A stretch of 64,000 nt of DNA from an uncultured delta proteobacterium (lineage in GTDB: Bacteria; Desulfobacterota; Syntrophobacteria; BM002). Where the stretch lies: positions 96,001-160,000 of the forward strand of contig CAVQGX010000030.1 of assembly GCA_963712115.1 (NCBI GenBank). Direction: 5' to 3'. Made by a program: the position numbers and the translations under genes. The notes under the pieces were generated by a model. The model was not told the DNA's origin, ran no database searches, and saw only the letters and a program-made list of their open reading frames with translations. Every line of letters begins with the position of its first letter. Position 1 is the first letter of the stretch. Positions 28,447 through 37,992 of this stretch are shown here, in pieces.

Positions 28447-28906
28447 GGGGTGACCAAAAATGCGCATTAATTCTGCAAAAGAGCTGAAGGTCTATCAAGA
28501 AGCTTACAGCTTGGCGATGGAGATTTTTGAAATCAGTAAGCAATGGCCACCCGAAGAGAAGTATTCTCTCATAGATCAGGTCAGACGATCATCCCGCTCA
28601 GTCTGTACAAATTTGCGTGAGGCCTGGTCGAAGAGGAGATATAAAGCACATTTCGTCAGCAAATTAACTGATTCCGATGGTGAAAATAGTGAGACTGATA
28701 CCTGGTTGGATTTTGCAAAAGATTGCGGATACGTGGAAAAAAGTGATCACACTCGACTGACGGAGAGATGTACGCGTGTCGGAAAGATGCTTGGGTCTAT
28801 GCTCAACAACCCTACACCGTTTTTAAGACGCTGACTTCTGATCTCCGATCTCCGATTTCTTATTTGCTGACCTCTGACCTCCGACTTCTGACCTCTGTGA
28901 TAGACG
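28389..28906 (+). mobile_element. Four-helix-bundle cassette 3 (GTCAGAG arms)
   Basis: ggaggtcagacgacggaggacagagatcagacgtcagaggtcagaggacaga ... ctgacttctgatctccgatctccga..ctgacctctgacctccgacttctgacctctg; mobility is inferred. Confidence 0.6.
28460..28834 (+). CDS. Four helix bundle protein (23S rRNA IVP / bAvd-like)
   Basis: ELKVYQ, EEKYSLIDQVRRSSRSVCTNLREAW, ETDTWLDFAKDCGY. Confidence 0.92.
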   Translation: MRINSAKELKVYQEAYSLAMEIFEISKQWPPEEKYSLIDQVRRSSRSVCTNLREAWSKRRYKAHFVSKLTDSDGENSETDTWLDFAKDCGYVEKSDHTRLTERCTRVGKMLGSMLNNPTPFLRR

Positions 28907-28933
28907 ATTTTAACGGCTCGGGACCGGAAGCCA

Positions 28934-31903
28934 ATGTTTATTCATCTCCACACTCACTCCTGTTACTCGTTGATGCGCGGCGCCAGTCAGCTGGAAGCAC
29001 TGGTCACAGCAGCGCGCCGGCGCGGTATGACCCATCTGGCCATCACTGATACCAATGGCTTCTATGGTCTCCCCAATTTTCTTGAAATAGCCAGAAAACA
29101 TAAAATCTCTCCCATTGTGGGAGTTCAGGTAACCGCCCGGGACGGAGAAGCGGTACTGCTGGCCAGGACCCCTGAAGCCTATCCGTACCTGAGCGAACTG
29201 GTAAGTTGTCGACATCTAGAGGATACTTTTTCCCTGACTTCAGCTCTGGCTTCCGGTCTTCCCGGCTTGGCTGTGCTTAGTTCTGATTTGGAGCTGCTCT
29301 CAAGGCTACAAGGGTGTGCCGAGCTCTATGTGGAAATACGTCCTGGTGCAGAAGGGGAGGGGCCTTTAAGATTTGCCCGGGAACGCCAGTTACCCAGAGT
29401 GGCCACCAATGCAGTCTACTTCGCCGATCCGGAAGGCTATTCCTTGCACCGATTGCTGCGCGCCATTGATTTGAACACCACCCTTACCAATCTACCCGAG
29501 GATGAAGTGGTCCACCCGGGACAGTGGTTAAAATCTACCGGACAAATGGCAGTCCACTTTCCCCATTGCCCAGAGGCTATGGCTGAAGCTATTCACCTTG
29601 CTCATCGCTGCCACACGGAGTGGAACTTCAGTGGCCAGATCTTTCCTCACTACCGGGATCAGGAGCGGGATCACTTTCAACTCTTACGACAAAAATGTTT
29701 GGAAGGAGTGAACTGGCGCTACGGTGAGATGAATCCGGCGGTGGCCGAGCGTCTGGAAGAAGAGCTTTCCCTTATTCGGGACAAAGGTTTCACCGACTAT
29801 TTCTTAATCGTAGCAGACATTGTCCAGGATGCACCAATAACCTGTGGACGGGGCAGTGCTGCCGCAAGTCTGGTGAGCTATCTTCTCGGCATTACCCACG
29901 TTGATCCCATCCGCCACCAGCTTTTCTTTGGCCGATTTCTCAGTCCCAATCGGCGGGACTTTCCCGACATTGACGTGGATTTCCCCTGGGATGAGCGGGA
30001 TGAAATACTCGATTCTGTGGAACGTGCCTATGGCAGTGAACGAACCGCCATGGTGGCCAATCACGTAGGTTTTCGCAGCAGGGCTGCAGTTCGGGAGGTG
30101 GCCAAGGTATATGGAATAACACCGGCGGAAATCAAAGAGGTAACCAGGCGGCTTTCCTTTTTCGGTCGCCCCACAAAGATCCCGGAGCGAATGGCCCGCC
30201 ACCCCAAATTCAGGAATTTACACCTGGAACCACCATGGCCTGAAATTTTCCAGTTAGCCGGTCGGTTGGAAGGTATTCCCCGCCACCTTTCCGTGCATTG
30301 TGGCGGCACTATTATTGTTCCAGATCAGGTTCAGCGCTATGTGCCTGTGCAGCGGGCCACTAAAGGGGTGCGAGTAATTCAGTGGGAAAAGGATCAAGCC
30401 GAGGCGGCCGGTCTGGTAAAGATCGATCTATTGGGTAATCGCTCTTTAGCAGTGATTCGTGACACCCTTGCTGCTATTCGCCACAACACCGGGAGAAATA
30501 TCTCTTATGCCCAGCTCAACCCTGTTGATAATCCTGCCACCCAGGAGTTGATTGCCAGGGGTGAGACCATGGGTGTTTTTTACGTGGAATCACCTGCCAT
30601 ACGCCAGCTACAGCAAATGACCGGGCGGGGTGACTACGAGCATTTGGTCATTCACTCATCGATTATTCGCCCGGCAGCCAACCGCTACATTTTGGAATAT
30701 GTGCGACGCCTCAAAGGTGGTTCATATAGGAGCCTACATCCGGTTCTGGATGAGGTGCTCGCCGAGAACTATGGCATCATGGTGTACCAGGAGGACGTCT
30801 CCCAGATTGCCATGAAACTGGCGGGGTTCGATCCTGCCGAGGCTGACACTTTGCGCAAGATTTTGTCCTGGAAAAGTAAAGAACGACTGGCCGACTATCG
30901 CACCCATTTTTTTGAAGGCAGCCGCCAAAGAGGGGTGAGCCGCGAGGTAAGCGAAACTGTTTGGGAAATGATCGAATCTTTCGGGGGCTACAGCTTCTGC
31001 AAGCCTCATTCGGCCAGCTATGCCCTGGTGAGCTTCAAGTCAGCTTATCTCAAGGTACATTATCCTGCCGAGTTCATGGCTGCGGTGATTTCCAATGGCG
31101 GGGGGTATTATTCCACTTTTGCCTATGTTTCCGAGGCCAGGCGGATGGGGCTACAGGTTCTGGGGCCGGATGTCAACGGTAGCGCCATCGAATACACAGG
31201 CAAAGATCGAACTTTGCGGGTGGGATTGATGCAACTTCAAGGATTTCCACGTGATGTTGCCGAGACCATCGTCAGCGAACGGCTTGAGAATGGGCTTTTT
31301 AACTCCCTGGACGATTTTTGTCTGAGAGTTAATCTTGAACCTGCCGCCGCCCGAATTTTAGTGCAAAGTGGGGCTTTAGACAGCATCTCCGGCGGGCTAA
31401 ATCGGCCGCAAATGCTCTGGCGGTTTTATGGTGAACCGAAAGATCAGGCCGTTGGCCAATCCTTTTCCCTTGTGCCCGTTGCCATCGATCCATCCCAATG
31501 GCCCCAGGTTGAAGACTATGATCGCTCTACCAAACTGTCCCATGAACGGGAGACCCTGGGTTTCATACTTTCAGTTCACCCTTTGAGGGTTTATGGTCGA
31601 AAGATTGCTGCCAGTGGGCGCAAAATCGTGCCGGCCAGTGAGCTCTCCAGATACGTGGGCCGAAGAGTAACCCTTGCAGCATGGTCCATAACCGGAAAAG
31701 AGGTAGTTACTAAAAAGGGCGACCCCATGGAGTTTGTCTCTTTCGAGGATGAGACCGCCATCTTCGAGACCACCTTCTTCCCCAAAGCTTACCAACGCTT
31801 CTGCCAGATACTGGATATGAACCGCGCCTATCTCCTCACCGGTCTAGTTCAAGAACAGTACGACACGGTGAGTGTTAATGTGGAGCAGATCCAGCGATTG
31901 TAG
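28934..31903 (+). CDS. dnaE2: Error-prone DNA polymerase III alpha (DnaE2/ImuC)
   Basis: PHP HLHTHS, GRGSAAAS, PDIDVDF, SVHCGG, KIDLLG, YSFCKPHS; short 989 aa form in lexA-imuB context. Confidence 0.9.
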   Translation: MFIHLHTHSCYSLMRGASQLEALVTAARRRGMTHLAITDTNGFYGLPNFLEIARKHKISPIVGVQVTARDGEAVLLARTPEAYPYLSELVSCRHLEDTFSLTSALASGLPGLAVLSSDLELLSRLQGCAELYVEIRPGAEGEGPLRFARERQLPRVATNAVYFADPEGYSLHRLLRAIDLNTTLTNLPEDEVVHPGQWLKSTGQMAVHFPHCPEAMAEAIHLAHRCHTEWNFSGQIFPHYRDQERDHFQLLRQKCLEGVNWRYGEMNPAVAERLEEELSLIRDKGFTDYFLIVADIVQDAPITCGRGSAAASLVSYLLGITHVDPIRHQLFFGRFLSPNRRDFPDIDVDFPWDERDEILDSVERAYGSERTAMVANHVGFRSRAAVREVAKVYGITPAEIKEVTRRLSFFGRPTKIPERMARHPKFRNLHLEPPWPEIFQLAGRLEGIPRHLSVHCGGTIIVPDQVQRYVPVQRATKGVRVIQWEKDQAEAAGLVKIDLLGNRSLAVIRDTLAAIRHNTGRNISYAQLNPVDNPATQELIARGETMGVFYVESPAIRQLQQMTGRGDYEHLVIHSSIIRPAANRYILEYVRRLKGGSYRSLHPVLDEVLAENYGIMVYQEDVSQIAMKLAGFDPAEADTLRKILSWKSKERLADYRTHFFEGSRQRGVSREVSETVWEMIESFGGYSFCKPHSASYALVSFKSAYLKVHYPAEFMAAVISNGGGYYSTFAYVSEARRMGLQVLGPDVNGSAIEYTGKDRTLRVGLMQLQGFPRDVAETIVSERLENGLFNSLDDFCLRVNLEPAAARILVQSGALDSISGGLNRPQMLWRFYGEPKDQAVGQSFSLVPVAIDPSQWPQVEDYDRSTKLSHERETLGFILSVHPLRVYGRKIAASGRKIVPASELSRYVGRRVTLAAWSITGKEVVTKKGDPMEFVSFEDETAIFETTFFPKAYQRFCQILDMNRAYLLTGLVQEQYDTVSVNVEQIQRL

Positions 31904-31964
31904 TATTGGTCAACTGGTCAACTAGTCGATTGGTCAAAGGTCGGTGAAGGAACGGTAAACGGAT

Positions 31965-32243
31965 CAAGCAGAGACTGGTCTATCATGGCTCAAGCTTTGA
32001 ATTAACAGTTGAACTACGCAAACAGAGACTGCCGGTGATGAAAATTCGCTGATTCTCAATGGCAGGCGCGGTCTCAGTCAGCATCCGCGCTGAATGACTT
32101 CATTAGTTCCTGCCAACGCAAAGGGATCTCTGGCGCAGTTCATCTGTAATCGGCTTGGCTATCTAACTGGTGATACTTTTGAACATGGAGAGGAAATAAC
32201 TTCTACTGGGCTCATGATACTGAGAAATGACCTGGCCGAGTGA
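31965..32243 (+). pseudogene. Decayed four helix bundle gene (cassette 4, CGGTAAA/TTTACCG arms)
   Basis: 32112-32243 reads ANAKGSLAQFICNRLGYL..., compare IAKGSTGELQTQIYIAQRIGYV in 26747; frameshifted fragments FELTVEL, GDE, VSV and NDFI upstream; arms at 31942-31962 and about 32243-32302. Confidence 0.65.
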
Positions 32244-32380
32244 CTGTTTGCCGTTCAATCCGTCACAACAACACTGTTTACCGCTTACCGTTCACTGTTT
32301 ACGACATATCGATTTCATTGACTTAACAAATCTACCCATGTTATTAAGACACTTCCTCAATCTGATGGAGTAAAGACTCG

Positions 32381-33598
32381 TTGCTTGAAACGACCGAAAA
32401 ACCTACTTCGCCTGTCAAAATTGGAGTGCGACAACACTCCACTCCTATCCTTTTCAGTTTGTGCATACTGACCTTCAGCAGTGCGAACTTGATGCTTAGC
32501 TTTTTTCTTCCTGTGTACATGAAAGCACAGGGCCTAACTGACGGTCAAATTGGAACAGTATTTGGGCTTATGTCCATATCTGCTCTGATATTGATGTTTC
32601 CTTTGGGTGTCCTTTCGGACCTTTTCCCGCCGCGACGACTAGTGCTTTATGGTGTTTGTATCTTTATTCTTTATTCTTGGCAGATTCTTACGGCGGAAAT
32701 TTATTGGCAATTTCTTCTGGTTGCTCCATTGGGGGGGCTAGCAGTTTCTACTTTTTTTATCGTTCTATATGCTTTGTTTTTGAAAGTAATAGACAAGAAC
32801 CAGGTTGGCAAGAAAATCGCCTTTTACCAGTCTGGCATGTATCTTGGCCTCGGAATTGGGCCTGCTATCGGTGGACTGCTGATCCGTGAGGGAGGTTTTG
32901 GAGCCCTGCTTTGGGGGGTGCTGGCTGGAGGACTGGTTGTTTTGATTCTCGTTTTGAAGTTGCCTGAAACAGACACTATCCGTCTAGATCTGGGCGGTTA
33001 TAAGCGCGACCTCCATCAGGGCCGAATTGTCCTTTTCCTTCTCCTTGTTTTTACTTATCCCATTCATTTTGGGGTTGAGCAGACTGCCCTTACTTTGCTC
33101 ATGAAAGAGAGCCTTGGTTTTTCCTTTACCAACATCGGTCTAGTTTATCTCATGATCGGCATCTGGATGGCTTTCCTTGCTCCTTTTGCCGGGCATCGCT
33201 TTGATACTAGTCAGAGCCTTCGAGCTCTTCTTATCTGTGGATTGGCCATTTCTGGAACTTTTCAAATTCTTACCGCCATGGTCTCCTCCCTTCCCTCTAT
33301 GGTCATAGTGCGGCTCCTCCACACCGTAGGTGATGTAATGATGATCCTGTCAATAGGAGTGATGACTGCTGCTTTTTTCCCCGAGGCGAGAATGGGAGGC
33401 AACTCTGCAGTTGTTGTGGCCATTCGTACCTGTGGCATATTCACGGGGAATTTAGGATCTGGTTTCATCAATGGTGCACTGGGCTACGGTTACAGCTTTG
33501 CCATCAGCGGAGGTGTCCTCCTACTTTTTGTAATCTTGACAGGCGGTGCCATGGGACGCCTCCTGATAGTCAACAAGGACTCGGACTCCTCTAATTAG
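32381..33598 (+). CDS. MFS transporter
   Basis: About 12 TM segments; GVLSDLFPPR motif A-like; GPAIGG. Confidence 0.85.
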   Translation: MLETTEKPTSPVKIGVRQHSTPILFSLCILTFSSANLMLSFFLPVYMKAQGLTDGQIGTVFGLMSISALILMFPLGVLSDLFPPRRLVLYGVCIFILYSWQILTAEIYWQFLLVAPLGGLAVSTFFIVLYALFLKVIDKNQVGKKIAFYQSGMYLGLGIGPAIGGLLIREGGFGALLWGVLAGGLVVLILVLKLPETDTIRLDLGGYKRDLHQGRIVLFLLLVFTYPIHFGVEQTALTLLMKESLGFSFTNIGLVYLMIGIWMAFLAPFAGHRFDTSQSLRALLICGLAISGTFQILTAMVSSLPSMVIVRLLHTVGDVMMILSIGVMTAAFFPEARMGGNSAVVVAIRTCGIFTGNLGSGFINGALGYGYSFAISGGVLLLFVILTGGAMGRLLIVNKDSDSSN

Positions 33599-33780
33599 TC
33601 AAATAGTCAACTCGTCGATTAGTCAATTCGGCCATTAGTTAATTGGTCAATTAGTGGACTAGTCAATTAGTGAAATCGTTGAGGGTAAAGAGCAGCCGGT
33701 AAGCGATTCAGAGGTAATGGGTAATAGGTTATGGGTTATGAGTGACAACCTATCACCTATGGCCTATAAACCATCACCGG
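33595..33780. repeat. 8-mer AATTAGTC array plus GGTAATG/CCATCAC-type inverted heptamer pair
   Basis: ggtaatgggtaataggttatgggttatg ... cctatcacctatggcctataaaccatcacc; similar pair at 38967-39030. Confidence 0.8.
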
Positions 33781-34390
33781 CGAGGCCCGTAGGTCGGATG
33801 GTTCCGCGGAGCGGGTTCATCCGACAACAATTTACTGAACCACCGAGCTATTTGATATCACAAGGAACAAAGTATCTACAGTTTATTTACATTTTTTTAC
33901 AATTAATTAACAATAAGTTTTTCCATAACAGTAATCTACAGTATATGTACAACTTTGGTACAAATTAGAAACGAATAAATAACAACTTTAAAATAAAAAA
34001 AATTTTATATTGACAATTTGATATGTTTTGAGAGAATGCGTTCATTATTGAACATATATATACCTACCAAGTGATCTAATATCGACTTAAGTTGGGCACA
34101 ATGCGAGTCTTCAATCGCGCTAATGTCAACTGCTTCCAGTAAACTTGATTGAGTTATCAACCCATACTTCTATCTCTACTGTCGGTGGCAGACTGTAACC
34201 GAGTTGGCGAAGCTATGCTCCAGTTACGCTGGAGCACGAGACGGGAGGTCGGGCAAGACGGCGATACGAGAAATCTCTTCAACGGATTTGACTATTTGAC
34301 AATTCGACGAATTGACCTAACTGTGAGCTGTGAGCTTTCAGCTGTGAGCTAAGTTGACAACTTTGACGACTTGAAAGATCGGAGAAAAAA

Positions 34391-34597
34391 ATGATCCTCC
34401 GCTTATGCCTTTCATGTAATTATCACGAAATAAGAGAAGAGCTCGAAACCAGGGTGACCTATTGTCTTAAGGAAAACTGCTGGTCTCAGTACTCGAAGTG
34501 TGTGGCTACAAGAGCCATAGAGCGATTCTTGGAACAAGAGCGCATCGAAGTGCCACCATTCTTTTCGGCCTTATCTCACTTATACAGCGAGTTCTAA
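34391..34597 (+). CDS. Small cysteine-rich hypothetical protein
   Basis: GGAGA RBS; CLSCNYH..YCLKENCWSQYSKC. Confidence 0.65.
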   Translation: MILRLCLSCNYHEIREELETRVTYCLKENCWSQYSKCVATRAIERFLEQERIEVPPFFSALSHLYSEF

Positions 34598-34751
34598 CCT
34601 GATTATTTCCTGTTCTGCCATCTGTCATCCGCCCTCTGCTTTCTGACTTCTGTTCTCTAATCTCTGACCTCTGGTTAAATGAAAAACGGACGACCGTGGT
34701 GTATAAAGGAATTACCGAAAAACCAAAACACACCACAAAGTAGGTCGTCCA

Positions 34752-35804
34752 ATGAAAAAGGTAGCATATCTGGCTATAGATGTACATGCAGGTCACTGTG
34801 TTCTCGGCCACATGGATTTTGATGGAACTTTTATTGGAAACAGAAGATTTCCCACATCCGAGCGACACATTATCCAGGCCCTCAAAGCTGTTAAAGCAAA
34901 GGAGAAGTATCTGGCACTGGAAGAAAGTAACCTTGCCTATTGGGCTGCCCAGGTGGCCAGACCCTATGTAACCGAAGTCATCTCCTCTGATCCCAGGGAG
35001 AACGCCTTGATCTACCGCAGTGCCAACAAGAGAGATAAGGTTGATACCCACAAGTTGTGCCGTCTTCTTAGACTGGGGGAGTTGAACCGGGTTTATCATG
35101 CTGAAAATGATGACCGCGCCATATTTAAGTCGGCGGTTCAACACTATATAGATCTTCGCGATCAGCAGGTGGTGTTGAAGAACAAGATTAAAGCTATGTA
35201 CCGTCACTGGGGTGTTATTGAGGTAACAGGCCAAGCCGTCTATGGCACCAGCCGTGATGATTATCTGCAAAGGGTGAAGCATCTTCATATTCGCAATCAA
35301 CTTCATCGTCTCTATTGTCTAATGGATGAAACCGAGTCCATGCAAAAAAGAGCTCTTAAGGCAATGAAGCAACTCGGGCGTAAATATCCTGAGATCAAAG
35401 AATTCGAAAAGATGCCTGGCATAGGGGAGATTCTTTCCCATATTTTCGATGCCTTCATTCAAACTCCCCACCGCTTTGCTCATAAGCGTAAACTCTGGCG
35501 CTATTGCCGCTTAGGGATCACCGATCGCTCCAGCGACGGTAAACCGCTGGGATTTAAACGGCTGGACAGATCCGGTGTCTCAGAACTCAAAGCCTTGAGC
35601 TATCGAGCATGGCTTGGTGCCATGGGAGGCGATAACGAGGTTAGAAAGTTTTACTCACGCTCCTTGCGGCAGACTCTAAGCCATGTCCATGCCAGACTCA
35701 ATACCCAGCGAAAGATCATTGCCGTCATGTACGGCATGTGGAAAAGAGGAGATGCCTATAGGCCTGAACTGTTCCTGGATTCGCCACAGATGAACGTTGT
35801 CTAA
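34752..35804 (+). CDS. IS110-family transposase/recombinase
   Basis: DEDD RuvC domain (AIDVH, LEES, KRDKVD); PGIG; C-terminal GITDRSSDG serine motif. Confidence 0.9.
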   Translation: MKKVAYLAIDVHAGHCVLGHMDFDGTFIGNRRFPTSERHIIQALKAVKAKEKYLALEESNLAYWAAQVARPYVTEVISSDPRENALIYRSANKRDKVDTHKLCRLLRLGELNRVYHAENDDRAIFKSAVQHYIDLRDQQVVLKNKIKAMYRHWGVIEVTGQAVYGTSRDDYLQRVKHLHIRNQLHRLYCLMDETESMQKRALKAMKQLGRKYPEIKEFEKMPGIGEILSHIFDAFIQTPHRFAHKRKLWRYCRLGITDRSSDGKPLGFKRLDRSGVSELKALSYRAWLGAMGGDNEVRKFYSRSLRQTLSHVHARLNTQRKIIAVMYGMWKRGDAYRPELFLDSPQMNVV

Positions 35805-35809
35805 AGGAG

Positions 35810-36130
35810 ACAGCACCATTAACTGGACTGAAGTGCGCAGACCAGTCCGGCGGATCCGGGTTGCCGGGTGAGTCTCGATCAATAGAAGTCTAGCCACCCC
35901 CGATGCTTCGGGGCGACAGGCTCGACCTCTGGATAGGCCCCCGGCCTTTATACCCAATGTGACCCTAGTCATTTTCCTCTCAGGAAAAACAGACTCATAT
36001 ATGTGACTGGAAAGAACACGGCCCGCACTGTCATGTTGATCCGATCACCCGACTGTGTATGCACACTTCATAAGTTAAGTGATGGTCTGCTCCCACATGG
36101 CCAACAAGGCTCACGGTCGTCCTGTGAAGT
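35810..36130 (+). ncRNA. Candidate bridge/seek RNA in the IS110 3' non-coding region
   Basis: About 380 nt non-coding end; GACCTCTG (35924-35931) equals target-left plus core; ATATGTG (35999-36005) equals donor-left plus core; boundaries are approximate. Confidence 0.5.
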
Positions 36131-36775
36131 CAAAAACTCGATTTCACGGTAATGGATAAGTTTTTCTTTACTTCACTTTTCATATGTGACCTCTGATAAA
36201 AACGACTTCAACGATTTAACTAATTGCCTAGGTAATAGGTGATGGGTTATAGGTTTTTGCCTCTTACCCATGACCTTTTGTTCCTTTCCCGCCTGTCTCG
36301 CATTTTTCGCTTTATACCTACCGCTTACTGCTTACCGCGTAACCTTTACTAATACCTAATAATCTTTTCCCACATCTCTTTTTCCCCACCCTACAGCCGC
36401 AGCAAATCACCCACCTCTGAGCAGCCTTCAATTCCATCCACCGCATAACCCTTAATAAAATCAGTTAGGAAAGCATTTTTACCCATTTTATACCGGGTAT
36501 GTTTTGGGTAAATTTACCCATTTCTTACACGGTAAAAAATGGGTAAATTTGTGATTCAAGGTTTGAGGTAAAGATTTTTTGCTGTTTGCTGCTTAGAGCG
36601 TGTTAATTGTCGTTCATGAGAGGTTAGGAGATTTGTTCTTGAGCGTTGAGCTGTTAGTTGTTAAGGTCAAAACTTCTACAACTTGACCTAATGGGCGACG
36701 TCTATGCTACTATTTGAGATGATACTTATGAGACTTTAAATATCCGCTTACTGCTTATTAGAAAAAGAGGTGAAT

Positions 36776-37843
36776 ATGGAATTTCTTCACAAATGGCTGC
36801 CTCAGGTTTGGGCCTTTATGAATGAATCGAAGGTAATTGGTGGGGTTATTATTGTGGTGGCTTTTGCCATCCTGGCGTGGTTGGTAGATTTCATTGTGGA
36901 TCGTGTGCTCACTGCCCTGGTGCGCAAATCCAAGTTCCACTTAGATGACAAGATCCTAGAGATAATCCATCGACCTGTCTGGGTCAGCATCGTGCTAGTG
37001 GGGGCTATAACGGCTGTCCAATGGATTTCTCCTCGACCGCCTTTCCCTTTTATCTTAACAGCAGCATTGAAAAGTCTTTTGGTCTTGATCTGGGTTTTTA
37101 CTATCAACCGCATAGTACTGCGGATAGTTGAGGATTGGGTTCGCCACTGGCGCGAAGCGGGTCGTGAGGGGAGCGAGATCATCGGCCTGGTGGGAAACAT
37201 CACCAGGGTATTAGTTCTTGCCGGTGGGATTTTTCTCCTTTTGTCAATCTGGAAGATCAACATAACCCCTTTGCTCGCATCTGCAGGTATCGCAGGTGTG
37301 GCAGTTGCCCTGGCCGCAAAGGAGACGCTTTCAAACTTTTTCGGCGGTGTTACCGTCCTGCTCGATCAGCCATATAAAGTGGGGGATTACATAGTTCTTG
37401 ATTCAGGCGAAAGGGGTGAAGTAGTAGAAATTGGCCTTCGGAGCACGAGAATCACGACCAGGGATGATGTTCAAATTTCCATACCGAACGCAATCATCAC
37501 CAACACCAAGGTCATAAACGAAAGCGCCCCCGAGCCCCGTTTCCGGGTACGGATCAAAGTCGGGGTGGCTTACGGGAGCGATGTTGATCAGGTGGAAGAA
37601 ATTCTCCTCGACGTGGCTCGCAACAATCCGCACGTGTCGCCCCAACCCAAGCCTCGGGTGCGGTTTCGTGTTTTTGGGGATTCATCTCTGGATTTTGAAC
37701 TACTGTGCTGGGCCCATCGGCCCCATGACAAGGGAAGGATAATTCACGAACTGAATCGGGACATTTATAAAGTATTTGGTCAGGAAGGTGTTGTTATTCC
37801 CTTTCCTCAAAGGGATGTACATGTTCATGCGAAAAGCACATAA
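36776..37843 (+). CDS. MscS-family mechanosensitive channel
   Basis: LLASAGIAGVAVALAAKETLSN, PYKVGDYI, IGLRST, IPFPQRDV. Confidence 0.92.
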   Translation: MEFLHKWLPQVWAFMNESKVIGGVIIVVAFAILAWLVDFIVDRVLTALVRKSKFHLDDKILEIIHRPVWVSIVLVGAITAVQWISPRPPFPFILTAALKSLLVLIWVFTINRIVLRIVEDWVRHWREAGREGSEIIGLVGNITRVLVLAGGIFLLLSIWKINITPLLASAGIAGVAVALAAKETLSNFFGGVTVLLDQPYKVGDYIVLDSGERGEVVEIGLRSTRITTRDDVQISIPNAIITNTKVINESAPEPRFRVRIKVGVAYGSDVDQVEEILLDVARNNPHVSPQPKPRVRFRVFGDSSLDFELLCWAHRPHDKGRIIHELNRDIYKVFGQEGVVIPFPQRDVHVHAKST

Positions 37844-37992
37844 AAAATTGGTGAGCGGTAAACGGTTAGAAGCAAAGAATTATATTTTAAAAATACTCTT
37901 TAATTAATAATCCTTATACCGCTTACTGCGTCTTTATGCAAGGTGGTAGCCAGCAGCTTGGAACTTGGGATTTTAGACTTGGAACTTGAAGT

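Larger units (their letters stand above)
34672..36188 (+). mobile_element. IS110/IS1111-family insertion sequence in a CTGACCT heptamer array
   Basis: Subterminal ATGAAAA (34679) / TTTTCAT (36177); TG core at both junctions; removal restores ctctgacctcTGacctctga. Confidence 0.75.

Noticed and set aside
25529-28834. Diversity-generating retroelement suggested by Avd-like genes
   Set aside because: No reverse transcriptase in the window and no TR/VR pair differing only at adenines was seen
34040-34226. Possible fifth four-helix-bundle remnant on the minus strand (TDS / EIEVWVDNSIK / HCAQLKSILDHLVG fragments)
   Set aside because: Similarity is too weak by eye and there is no clear matching arm pair; a frameshift-aware HMM search is needed
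34506-35306. Long antisense ORFs (266 aa opposite the IS110 transposase; also 50548-51282 and 62328-62819)
   Set aside because: Shadow frames of well-supported genes with no independent motifs
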